From positions 17,646 to 81,645 of the forward strand of contig JBDNCJ010000002.1 of assembly GCA_046719715.1 (NCBI GenBank): a stretch of 64,000 nucleotides of DNA, written 5' to 3'. Made by a program: the position numbers and the translations under genes. This document shows positions 47,259 to 56,397 of this stretch, in pieces. Within the stretch, counting starts at the first letter, position 1. Each line of letters starts with the position of its first letter. The stretch comes from Chloroherpetonaceae bacterium. GTDB taxonomy: Bacteria; Bacteroidota; Chlorobiia; Chlorobiales; Thermochlorobacteraceae. Below the pieces are notes generated by a model. The model had not been told where the DNA came from. It ran no database searches and saw nothing but the letters and a program-made list of their open reading frames with translations.

Positions 47259-48053
47259 TTACCCCTTCGGCACGCTTTGCACATTCGCCAGTGGGAGTTG
47301 AAGTTTCTCGGCGATTTGCTCATCGCTTAACCCCAACTCTCTCAAAATCGGCACTGCTGCAAGTTTGCCTTTTTGCTCGCCTTCTTGTCTGCCTTTTTGC
47401 TCACCTTCTTGTCTGCCTTTTTGCTCGCCTTTCTGCTCGCCTTTGGCAAAGACTTCCTTGTAGAACGGCGTATCCTTCAACAGTTCTTCTTCAATCCCTA
47501 ACATCGCTTTTACCTCCGCTTCGGTTATGTTCTTGTAGGCTAAAATGTTCAAGAGTAATTCCATCTGAACCTTGTCGGCTCTCGCCGCAATCTTCCGCGC
47601 CAATGCGCCTACCTCTTCCTTCGGCACAATCAAGATCTGAAACAACGCCACCGCAACGGAATCCGTCGGCGGCAACTCGTCCAAATATATCCGTTTCACT
47701 TGCTCCAATGCAAGAAATTCCCGATAGGCTTCAATATCCCGTTGCTCCACACTTCGCGAGGGATATATCACCACCGCTTTCCATTTGCGCGTCGGATACT
47801 GTTTGAGATAAAGAAAAATTTCAGCAAAAAATCGCGCGTAAAATTGCTCATCGCGTTGAAACTGAACTTCCACGAAGTAAGTGACGTCGTCGGTGTCGGG
47901 AATGAAAAGCCCGTCAATGCGGAAAGAGACATCTTTGAGTTCAACCGATTTGAATTGGTAGCGCACGGCATCGTTGGGATTTCTGCCAATCAGCAAAAAG
48001 AACGCCTGCGGCAAGAGTTGCAGGAGCAGATAAATGAGTTTATCGGTGTGCAT
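47259..48053 (-). CDS. Rpn family (DUF2887) nuclease, tandem copy A
   Basis: Same motifs with a diverged nuclease body. Confidence 0.88.
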   Translation of the reverse strand: MHTDKLIYLLLQLLPQAFFLLIGRNPNDAVRYQFKSVELKDVSFRIDGLFIPDTDDVTYFVEVQFQRDEQFYARFFAEIFLYLKQYPTRKWKAVVIYPSRSVEQRDIEAYREFLALEQVKRIYLDELPPTDSVAVALFQILIVPKEEVGALARKIAARADKVQMELLLNILAYKNITEAEVKAMLGIEEELLKDTPFYKEVFAKGEQKGEQKGRQEGEQKGRQEGEQKGKLAAVPILRELGLSDEQIAEKLQLPLANVQSVPKG

Positions 48054-48077
48054 TGCATTGCCGGACTTAGCGATTTG

Positions 48078-48833
48078 TTACAACCTTACTTCGATTCCGT
48101 GATGTTCAAGATAGCGTTTGGCTTCGATAATGCTGTATTGGCGATAGTGAAAGATGGACGCGGCAAGTGCGGCATCGGCGGCGCCTTCGGTGAAGGCGTC
48201 TTTGAGATGCGTTAAATTTCCCGCGCCGCCAGAGGCGATGACGGGAACGGAAACCGACGTAGAAATCAGTCGGAGGCTTTCCAAGTCGTAGCCGGATTGT
48301 GTGCCGTCTTTATCCATGCTGGTGAGCAGAATTTCGCCTGCGCCGAGCTCGACGACTTTTTGTGCCCATTCAAGCGCGTCCAATTCTGTTGGCATTTTGC
48401 CGGAATGCGTAAAGACTTTGTAGCGATTGCCCACGCGCTTGATGTCAATGGCGACGACGATGGCTTGCACGCCGAAGCGTTCAGCGAGTTGAGTAATGAG
48501 GGTTGGCGTTTGGACGGCAGCCGTGTTGAGCGAGACTTTGTCGGCGCCATGCAGAAACGCTTGTCGTGCATCGTCCAACGTGCGGATTCCGCCTCCGACC
48601 GTGAGCGGAATGAAGACTTCTTCGGAGACTTTTTGGACTTCTTCGAGCGTGGTTCGGCGCGATTCAATTGAAGCGGAGATGTCGAGAAAGACGAGTTCGT
48701 CGGCGAGTTCGGCGTTGTAGAATCGGGCTTGTTCCAAAATAGAGCCTGCATCTTTAAGGGATTCAAAATTGACGCCTTTCACGACGCGCCCGTCTTTGAC
48801 GTCGAGGCAAGGAATAATGCGTTTGGCGAGCAT
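48078..48833 (-). CDS. hisF: Imidazole glycerol phosphate synthase cyclase subunit
   Basis: [42 protein letters not shown]. Confidence 0.97.
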   Translation of the reverse strand: MLAKRIIPCLDVKDGRVVKGVNFESLKDAGSILEQARFYNAELADELVFLDISASIESRRTTLEEVQKVSEEVFIPLTVGGGIRTLDDARQAFLHGADKVSLNTAAVQTPTLITQLAERFGVQAIVVAIDIKRVGNRYKVFTHSGKMPTELDALEWAQKVVELGAGEILLTSMDKDGTQSGYDLESLRLISTSVSVPVIASGGAGNLTHLKDAFTEGAADAALAASIFHYRQYSIIEAKRYLEHHGIEVRL

Positions 48834-48836
48834 GGA

Positions 48837-51428
48837 TTAGTAGAACTTAATCATCATATCGCCTTTTTTGGCAGCGAGCGGTTCGCGTTGTTTATCGCTT
48901 TGTTCTTCTTCGTCGGAGTATGGCGGAGCGGCGTCGGTCGGCTCTAATCCGCGATAACGGCGTTCTGCTTCTTCGGACGCGATGGGATCGAGGGCGTGGT
49001 CGATAAGGTCGTCCATTTCGCTAAAATAGTTGAACGTCATTCCTTCTAAGGCGTCTTTGTTGGTTTCAAGGATGTCCAAAACATCGTTGCGATTTTTTTC
49101 AGGCAGTAAAATTTCAACAATCCCTGCGCGTTTTGCGGCAAGCACTTTTTCTTTGATACCGCCGACGGGAAGCACATGCCCGCGCAACGTGATTTCGCCC
49201 GTCATGGCGATTTTGCCTTTCACGTTGCGCTGAGTGAATATCGAGGCGAGCGACGTTAAAATCGTAACGCCCGCTGATGGTCCATCTTTTGGAATCGCGC
49301 CTTGTGGAATGTGCAAATGCACGTCCCAGAATCGAAACGCTTCATCGGGAATGCGGAAGTAATCCGCACACGATTTCAAATACGACAATGCGGCTTGCGC
49401 CGATTCTTTCATCACTTCTCCGAGTTGCCCTGTGAGAATCAAGCGTCCGCTTCCTTTGGTTACGGTGGATTCGATGAAGAGAATATCTCCGCCGGAAGGC
49501 GTCCAAGCTAATCCGACCGCGACGCCCGGAATGAGTACAGGCTCGTCGACTTCGGGGAAGAATTTTTCCAATCCCAAGTATTTTTTGAGGGCATCGACGT
49601 TTACTTGAATCGTCTCTATTGGCTTGGTTTCGTCTTCGTCGAGGCGAAGGGCGATATCCATCGCGATGCTTCGACAGATGCTGGCGAGTTCTCTATCCAG
49701 ATTTCTCACGCCGGCTTCTCGCGTGTAGGCGTTGATGACTTTGGAGACGGTTTCGTCAGTGATTTCAACTTGACCTTTGAGAATCCCGTGCTCTTCCATT
49801 TGTCTTGGAATCAGGTATTCTTTTGCGATGTGCATTTTCTCGAACTCGGTGTAGCCGTTAATCGTGATGACTTCCATTCGGTCGCGAAGGGCGTGCGGAA
49901 TGGTGTCGAGCGTGTTTGCGGTTGCGATAAACATCACGCGCGAGAGGTCGTAAGGAATCTCGAGATAGTGGTCGCTGAACGTGTGATTTTGAGACGGGTC
50001 TAAGACTTCCAGCAAGGCGGAACTTGGGTCGCCGCGGTGGTCGTTGCCGAGTTTATCGATTTCATCGAGCATGAACACGGGGTCGCTGGTTCCGGCTTTT
50101 TTCAAACCTTGAATAATGCGACCGGGCATGGCGCCGATGTAAGTTTTGCGGTGTCCGCGAATTTCCGCCTCATCTCTGACGCCGCCGAGTGAAATTCTGA
50201 CGAAACTTCTACCTAAGGCTTTTGCAATTGATTTTCCAAGCGATGTTTTGCCAACACCGGGCGGACCGACGAAGCACAAAATTGGGGCTTTCATGTTCGC
50301 CTTCAATTTCAAGACGGCAAGGTATTCTAAAATTCGTTTCTTGACTTTTTCAAGTCCGTAGTGGTCGGCGTTCAAAATGCGCTCGGCTTCGCGCAGGTTG
50401 ATTTTGGCGTTGGTGTAATTGCCCCAAGGAAGCGCAAGCACGGTATCGAGGTAATTGCGCGTTACGCCGTAGTCGGGCGAGACTTGCGGAATGCGCGAGA
50501 GTTTATCGATTTCTTTGTCGATATGAGCGCGAAGGTCGTCGGGCAGTTGTTTTTTGGCAAGCAAGTCACGGAGTTTCATTATGTCTTGCATTTGCCCGTC
50601 GTATTCGCCGAGTTCGGATTGAATGGTTTTGAGTTGTTGGCGCAGGAAAAATTCGCGCTGGGCTTTATCCATATCCATCTTCACTTTGGTTTGAATTTGA
50701 TTGGAAAGCTCCAGCACTTGAATTTCTTTCGTCAGAAGGTCGATGAGTTTTTCGGCGCGCACGTCAATGGAATCGAGTGAGAGCAGTTCTTGCTTTTCGC
50801 TCGGCGTTACATTGAGATTTGAGGAAATGAAGTGAATTAAAAACGTCGGATTGTCGATGTTTTGAATCGCGTAACTGGCTTCATTCGGGATATTTTGTGA
50901 GAGCTCGACGACTTTTGACGCCAGTTGTTTGATGCTTCGCGAGTAGGCGTCAAGTTGGGAAGCGGCTTTGAGTTCATCGGCGATAATGGACGTTTCCGCG
51001 ACGAAGAACGGCTCGGTTTGTATGAATTTTTCCAAACGTACACGCTTAACGCCTTGCACAATCAGGTTTGCGCTTCCATCGGGAATGCGCAGAATTTTAA
51101 GCACGCGCCCGACCGTCCCCAGTCGGAACAAGTCGTCTTCGGAAGGCTCATCAATGTTGGAGTCGGCTTGCGTTACAAAGGCGATGAATTTTTTGTCGCC
51201 CAGCGCGTCAAGAAGCGCGATGGATTTTTTTCGCCCGATGCTGACGGGCATCACGATATCCGGAAAAAGAACGGTGTTTCTCAACGGCAACACGGGCAAC
51301 TGCGAATCCATCGGCAGGTCAAACTGCACCCCTGCGCCCGACGCGGCTTGCGGCAACGTCTTTGCAAGCTCATCGAGCAAGCCCGATTGAGTGGTTTCAA
51401 AAAATACGTCTCTAAAATCGTCTCTCAT
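48837..51428 (-). CDS. lon: ATP-dependent Lon protease
   Basis: LPLRN N-domain, GPPGVGKTS, PKDGPSAG catalytic Ser, GGIKEK. Confidence 0.97.
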   Translation of the reverse strand: MRDDFRDVFFETTQSGLLDELAKTLPQAASGAGVQFDLPMDSQLPVLPLRNTVLFPDIVMPVSIGRKKSIALLDALGDKKFIAFVTQADSNIDEPSEDDLFRLGTVGRVLKILRIPDGSANLIVQGVKRVRLEKFIQTEPFFVAETSIIADELKAASQLDAYSRSIKQLASKVVELSQNIPNEASYAIQNIDNPTFLIHFISSNLNVTPSEKQELLSLDSIDVRAEKLIDLLTKEIQVLELSNQIQTKVKMDMDKAQREFFLRQQLKTIQSELGEYDGQMQDIMKLRDLLAKKQLPDDLRAHIDKEIDKLSRIPQVSPDYGVTRNYLDTVLALPWGNYTNAKINLREAERILNADHYGLEKVKKRILEYLAVLKLKANMKAPILCFVGPPGVGKTSLGKSIAKALGRSFVRISLGGVRDEAEIRGHRKTYIGAMPGRIIQGLKKAGTSDPVFMLDEIDKLGNDHRGDPSSALLEVLDPSQNHTFSDHYLEIPYDLSRVMFIATANTLDTIPHALRDRMEVITINGYTEFEKMHIAKEYLIPRQMEEHGILKGQVEITDETVSKVINAYTREAGVRNLDRELASICRSIAMDIALRLDEDETKPIETIQVNVDALKKYLGLEKFFPEVDEPVLIPGVAVGLAWTPSGGDILFIESTVTKGSGRLILTGQLGEVMKESAQAALSYLKSCADYFRIPDEAFRFWDVHLHIPQGAIPKDGPSAGVTILTSLASIFTQRNVKGKIAMTGEITLRGHVLPVGGIKEKVLAAKRAGIVEILLPEKNRNDVLDILETNKDALEGMTFNYFSEMDDLIDHALDPIASEEAERRYRGLEPTDAAPPYSDEEEQSDKQREPLAAKKGDMMIKFY

Positions 51429-51793
51429 TTTGAGTGTTAATTCTATCCGATACTTCTATCCGATAATTTGCCCTAAACCCGACTCGGAAGCGCGTCCTGA
51501 GCCTCCGCTTGAACGGTTGTGTTGAACGTCGTGCCTTCTGTTGCAAGCGCGTTCTAACAAAGCGAACTGAACGCGTCAAGTTTTGAGCGCGTTAATTCGT
51601 TTCGGCGAAAGCATACTTCTTGAACTTCACATCTAACTGCGATACAACCTACTGCTGAACTTAATTCAAACTGCTTGAACTACGGGAAAAAGAAATGTTG
51701 AAAACCAAAGCGGAAACAAAGTCTACTCTTGGCGGCGTTTCCTGAATATGAAGGCGGGAACTACAACGCACACCAAATCTTTCTTCAGACATA

Positions 51794-51801
51794 CAAAGAT
51801 A
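51794..51801 (-). promoter_or_regulatory. Putative -7 promoter element upstream of lon
   Basis: TATCTTTG on the minus strand about 365 nt upstream of lon. Confidence 0.35.
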
Positions 51802-51914
51802 TACTACGAATTACACATTCTCCGCTCAAAAACCTAACGGAATACGCGATATATTTTGTAGGTTTTGTAGTTGAATACAACACGAAATAGCAACATTAGA
51901 TTACTTCATAAAGT

Positions 51915-52526
51915 TTGACCGCCTTGAAAATTCTTTTGAGCAGAACGCTTCTTCCGCTCCTCATTTGGCTTGTGTATTTGACGCTTCGCAAGCGCGTTCA
52001 AGGAAAGATTCCTGAGCGGAAGAACGCGATTGTCGCATTTTGGCATGGCAAGATGCTCGTCGGGTGGCTTTTGGCAAAGTCGCTGGTTCGCCCCAAGCGT
52101 TGCCATGCGGTTGTAAGCCTTTCAAAAGATGGAACCATGCTTGCCAATGCGCTTGAAGTGCTGAACTTCGGCTTGATTCGGGGTTCGAGTTCGCGCGGGA
52201 AAGCAGTCGTTACATCGGAAATGACGGCTTGCTTGCGAGCGGGAAACGCCATTGCCATTACGCCCGACGGACCGCGCGGCGCGCGCCATGTCTTCAAATA
52301 CGGCTCGGTGCGCATTGCCTCTGAAACGCAAACACCGATTCTTTTCATTGACGTGGCGTTTGAAAATGCTTGGCGTTTAGAGAAAAGTTGGGATAAGTTT
52401 GAAATTCCGAAACCGTTTTCAGAAGTGCATATTCATCTCACTTGTATTGATGTGCCGAAGTTTGAAACGGAAAACGCTCTAAAAGCCTTCACAGATTCGC
52501 TCACTGCAACCTTTCAACGCACTTGA
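51915..52526 (+). CDS. DUF374 lysophospholipid acyltransferase-family protein
   Basis: FWHG, S.SKDG, IRGSSSRG, ITPDGPRG, SWDKFEIPKPF. Confidence 0.85.
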   Translation: MTALKILLSRTLLPLLIWLVYLTLRKRVQGKIPERKNAIVAFWHGKMLVGWLLAKSLVRPKRCHAVVSLSKDGTMLANALEVLNFGLIRGSSSRGKAVVTSEMTACLRAGNAIAITPDGPRGARHVFKYGSVRIASETQTPILFIDVAFENAWRLEKSWDKFEIPKPFSEVHIHLTCIDVPKFETENALKAFTDSLTATFQRT

Positions 52527-53596
52527 AACCACATCGCTCTCTTGCCTCGCTTCTCTACGGCGCAATCGTCATGCTTCGCAATCGGCTTTTTGATAAAGGC
52601 GTTTTGAAATCGTTTCAATCGCCGATTCCCGTCGTCTCTGTCGGGAATTTGACGGTAGGGGGTGCGGGCAAAACGCCGTTTGTGGATTGGATTGTCAAAC
52701 ATTATCACCGTGAAGGCAAGCGCGTGGCAATTATTTCACGCGGATACGGACGCAAGTCCAAAGGCGTCATTCTCGTCTGCGATGGTGCGCTGGTGCGCGT
52801 CAGCGCCGAAGAATCAGGCGATGAGCCGCTGATGCTTGCACGCCGAAATCCGACCGCTATTGTCATTGTCGCTGAAAAACGCGCCGACGGCGTGAAGTTC
52901 CTCTTGGAAAAATTTGCTACTCACCTGCCCGACGTCGTTCTGCTTGACGACGGATTTCAACATCGTGCGCTTGCACGCGACCTAAATTTGCTCGTCGTTC
53001 ATGCCGAACAAAATCCCGCACTCGATTCGCTCTTGCCGCTTGGACGCTTGCGCGAACCGATAGACACCGTTCATCGTGCTGATATGATTCTGCTTTCAAA
53101 AGTTACGCGCTACACCGACCTCCCCTCGCTTGAACGCACACTCTCGCCGTTCGGAAAACCCGTCATCAAATCGCGCATTCAGATTGTCGGCTTGCGCAGT
53201 TTCTTTTCAGGCGAACTCATTCCGCTCGGAACGCAAGCCTTTCTTTGGACTTGGGCATTTGCGTTTTCAGGCATCGGCGATAGTCATAACTTTATGGAAA
53301 CGCTTCAATATGCAGGGCTTATCGTTGAGCATCAAAGACATTTCCCCGATCATCACACTTACACCGAATCCGACATCGAGTTCATTCTTTCCGAAGTGGT
53401 GAGGCACGGCATCAACATTGTGGTTACAACCGAAAAAGATTACTTCCGCTTAAAAGCCAATGAAGCCCTTTTCAATCGTTTGAAAAATACGGCATGCTTT
53501 TATTTGGAAATTGCGTTTGAAGTCTTTGAAGGCGAGGCAGAATTGAAATCGGCACTGAACACCGTTGTTGAAACGCATCGACGCATGGTTCATTAG
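52523..53596 (+). CDS. lpxK: Tetraacyldisaccharide 4'-kinase
   Basis: VGNLTVGGAGKTP, SRGYGR, GDEP, LDDGFQH, GRLRE, TTEKD. Confidence 0.95.
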   Translation: MKPHRSLASLLYGAIVMLRNRLFDKGVLKSFQSPIPVVSVGNLTVGGAGKTPFVDWIVKHYHREGKRVAIISRGYGRKSKGVILVCDGALVRVSAEESGDEPLMLARRNPTAIVIVAEKRADGVKFLLEKFATHLPDVVLLDDGFQHRALARDLNLLVVHAEQNPALDSLLPLGRLREPIDTVHRADMILLSKVTRYTDLPSLERTLSPFGKPVIKSRIQIVGLRSFFSGELIPLGTQAFLWTWAFAFSGIGDSHNFMETLQYAGLIVEHQRHFPDHHTYTESDIEFILSEVVRHGINIVVTTEKDYFRLKANEALFNRLKNTACFYLEIAFEVFEGEAELKSALNTVVETHRRMVH

Positions 53597-53934
53597 TGCG
53601 CGTGCCGTTGAAGTATGTCTATGAATTTTTCGATGGACATGCCTTCGAGCGCAATGACTTTATGGCGCGAGGTTTTGCCTGAATGTAGTCGGACGTTGCT
53701 TTTTGGCAGATGAAAGGTTTTGGCGAAGAACTCAAGGCAGGCTTCGTTGGCAGCGTTTTCCACTGCTGGGGCGGCGACGCGCACTTTGAGCGCATCGCCG
53801 TGTCGTCCTGCAAATTCCGTCTTGGACGCTTTCGGTTGAAGATGAACGGAAACGAAAAGCATACCATGCCTTTCGTTAAGCGCAGATTTAATTGCCGCCA
53901 CGTTTTCTATTTCGCTCGGCGATTTCGCCTGCAT
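53593..53934 (-). CDS. DUF167 (YggU-like) protein
   Basis: QPKAS, LKVRVAAP...AN, G.TSRHK; true start may be downstream of 53934. Confidence 0.85.
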   Translation of the reverse strand: MQAKSPSEIENVAAIKSALNERHGMLFVSVHLQPKASKTEFAGRHGDALKVRVAAPAVENAANEACLEFFAKTFHLPKSNVRLHSGKTSRHKVIALEGMSIEKFIDILQRHAH

Positions 53935-55231
53935 CTAAATCTTCAATTTTTCTGCCGCGTTCATCATAGACTTTGCTTTCCACCATCACGCCGGCATCGT
54001 TGTATTTGTTTTCCTCTTTGCGCTTGCCGTCTGCAAAAAAGACTTTCTCCTCGCCATACTGAAAGCCTTGACGCCATGTTTGAGCCTTTTCCAGAAAGCC
54101 GTTGTCGTAATAAGTGCGTCGCACGCCGTCCAATTTTCCGTTAGCATAATTTTCTTCCACAGCGAGCATGCCGCTTTCAAAGAAGATGCGCTTTCTGCCG
54201 ACGAGTTGCCCTTCGGTGTTCGCCGTTGATTCTTCTTTCAGCGCGCCTGACGGATAGTATGAAAAGAGTTTCATCGTTCCGACGACGACGTCGTTTTCGT
54301 AGGTCGCTTCAGATTCCACATTGCCATCTTCGTAAAAGGTCTTAAAGGATCCATTTTTCTTTCCCGCTTTGTAGGTTGCTTCGCTTCGCACTTTGCCGCT
54401 TGGGAAAAATTCTTTTGAAATGCCTTCGCGGAGATTGTTTTTGTAAAATTCTTCAATCGCCAATTTTCCGTCTTCGGTGTAGAACTTGGAAACGCCTTCA
54501 AGTTTATCGAGCAAGTACGTGCGCTCGGATTGAATGACGCCGTTGGCGTAGAATGTTTTCTTGACTTCAGGACCGAGCACGGGCTTCGTTTGAGCGAGGG
54601 TTTTAACAGGCGATTTTAATTTTTTGAGTTTTCGCGTTTGGGCTTTGACGTTGGCGATAGGGGTTGCGCCGCCGAGTTTGGTGCTAATCATACCAGCGAG
54701 TTTGCCTTGTGCGTTGAGCAGTGCGCCGCCGTTCTGATTGAACGTCCATTTGAACGACGCCGTCAAAACGCGCACCTTGCCGACCTTTTCAGGCTTCCCT
54801 GCTTCGCCTTCGGAGTAACTGATTTCCTTGCCCGCGTTGGTGAGTTCATACACGGCTTTGCCCTTAATAGCGGCACCGACTTTGTTCAAATTCACCGGCG
54901 TTAAGCCACTTGCATTGATGCGAATGAGCGCGACGTCGCTGGCTTCATCGACGACGGCGACATCGGTGGCGAAGTACTCTTTGCCGTCAATCGTTACGCC
55001 AATCCAAGTCGCTTTTTCAATTGCGCTTGCGCTGGTTGCAATCACGCCATCTTTGGTGAGCACGAGTCCCGTCATGGACGTGAACGGCTTGTTGTCGCCG
55101 TTGTAAATGGCAAGTTGCACGACGCCGTCCGCCATATCGGAAATAGCTTTTTCAACAGCTTTGCTTTGCGCCAATAGGCTTGACGAGGCAATGAGCAAGA
55201 GGAAAGCGATAAGTTTTGACAAACGGTTCAT
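53888..55231 (-). CDS. Exported protein: degenerate trypsin-like domain plus MORN-variant (YwqK-like) repeats
   Basis: Signal peptide; TG.V...DG.IAT..., D.ALI, GG.LLN..G fold pattern; repeated FY.NG...E..Y.NG..EG units. Confidence 0.75.
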   Translation of the reverse strand: MNRLSKLIAFLLLIASSSLLAQSKAVEKAISDMADGVVQLAIYNGDNKPFTSMTGLVLTKDGVIATSASAIEKATWIGVTIDGKEYFATDVAVVDEASDVALIRINASGLTPVNLNKVGAAIKGKAVYELTNAGKEISYSEGEAGKPEKVGKVRVLTASFKWTFNQNGGALLNAQGKLAGMISTKLGGATPIANVKAQTRKLKKLKSPVKTLAQTKPVLGPEVKKTFYANGVIQSERTYLLDKLEGVSKFYTEDGKLAIEEFYKNNLREGISKEFFPSGKVRSEATYKAGKKNGSFKTFYEDGNVESEATYENDVVVGTMKLFSYYPSGALKEESTANTEGQLVGRKRIFFESGMLAVEENYANGKLDGVRRTYYDNGFLEKAQTWRQGFQYGEEKVFFADGKRKEENKYNDAGVMVESKVYDERGRKIEDLDAGEIAERNRKRGGN

Positions 55232-55265
55232 AGCACGGATTGCGAGTTAGTTTTTGTAAGAAAAA

Positions 55266-55553
55266 TTAGCCAATCACTTTTGGCACTTTGAAAAATCGGT
55301 CTTGGAAATCGGGCGCGTTTTTGAGCGCGTCTTGATTTGAAATTGATGATTTCGGCGCGTCTTCGCGCAGCACGTTGGTTCTATCGCCCATGTTGGAAAG
55401 CGGCTCAACGTGTTCGGTGTTGAGTTCATTGAGTTTTTCAACATAGGCTAATATCTCGTTCAGGTCGTGCGTCATGGCTTCTTTTTCGCTCTCGCTGAAC
55501 GAAAGGCGCGCCAGCGTTGCAATGTATTCGACATCTGATTTTGAAACCGCCAT
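55266..55553 (-). CDS. gatC: Asp/Glu-tRNA amidotransferase subunit C
   Basis: VEYIATLARL, LRED, NAP...FFKVPKVI. Confidence 0.95.
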   Translation of the reverse strand: MAVSKSDVEYIATLARLSFSESEKEAMTHDLNEILAYVEKLNELNTEHVEPLSNMGDRTNVLREDAPKSSISNQDALKNAPDFQDRFFKVPKVIG

Positions 55554-55624
55554 TGATTATGGATAATGTTTTAAGTGAAAGGTGCTGATGAAGTTATTGG
55601 AATTTAGTGCAAATCTCATCGAGA

Positions 55625-56392
55625 TTAAAGCCGTTTGAGAATTTTCTCGGCAACGTGTTTGATGAAATCCCTGTCGGATTTTTCGTCACAAGTTTTACAG
55701 ACGAGCTTTTCGGTTTCGCATTTGCACATTTCTTTTTCTTGGAAATCGGCAAAGACGCCGCGCCGTTCAAATTCTTTGTGCGTTTCATAGAGATAATCCA
55801 CTTCTTGCTTTGTGAGCGGTACGATGCCGCCGAGCGTTTCGGCATAGATGAGCGTTTTTGCTGCATGCTCCAACTTTTCGGTTCGATACAAGGCTTCGTA
55901 AATCTCGTTTCCTAAAACCACGACGCCGTGATTGGCAAGCAAGATGGCATTTGCCCAACTGACAAACGGCGACAGTGAGCGAGGCACTTCATCGGTGCTG
56001 GGCGTAGCGTATTCGGCAAGCGGCACAGGTCCAATATCTAAAATCACTTCGGGAAAAACCGCAAGGTCAAGGGCTTTGCGAGCGACGGCAAAGGCGGTGG
56101 TCGCTGTTGGGTGCGTATGCACAATGCCTTGCACGTCGGGTCGCGATTGATAAATGTAAAGATGCATCAGGCTTTCCGTTGAGGGAGGACGCTTGCCTTC
56201 GAGGAGTTTGCCTTCAAGGTTTATGAGGCACACGTCGTCGGGCGTTGCGTCAGCTTTGAGCGTGCGCGTCGCCGTGATGTAAATGCCTTCTTCGGTGCGC
56301 ATGCTGACGTTGCCGTCGTAACTTGCAACGAAGCCAAACTTCGCGCACAGGCGTGCCACTTCGGCAACGGTTTCTTGATGCTTATGATTCAT
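55625..56392 (-). CDS. Class II aldolase/adducin family protein
   Basis: DGNVS, PSTE..MH, VHTHP, LLANHG zinc ligands. Confidence 0.9.
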   Translation of the reverse strand: MNHKHQETVAEVARLCAKFGFVASYDGNVSMRTEEGIYITATRTLKADATPDDVCLINLEGKLLEGKRPPSTESLMHLYIYQSRPDVQGIVHTHPTATTAFAVARKALDLAVFPEVILDIGPVPLAEYATPSTDEVPRSLSPFVSWANAILLANHGVVVLGNEIYEALYRTEKLEHAAKTLIYAETLGGIVPLTKQEVDYLYETHKEFERRGVFADFQEKEMCKCETEKLVCKTCDEKSDRDFIKHVAEKILKRL

Positions 56393-56397
56393 TGCGT

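Noticed and set aside
51661-51792. 43-codon minus-strand ORF upstream of lon
   Set aside because: No recognisable motif or SD, and its ATG lies immediately against the putative -7 promoter element.
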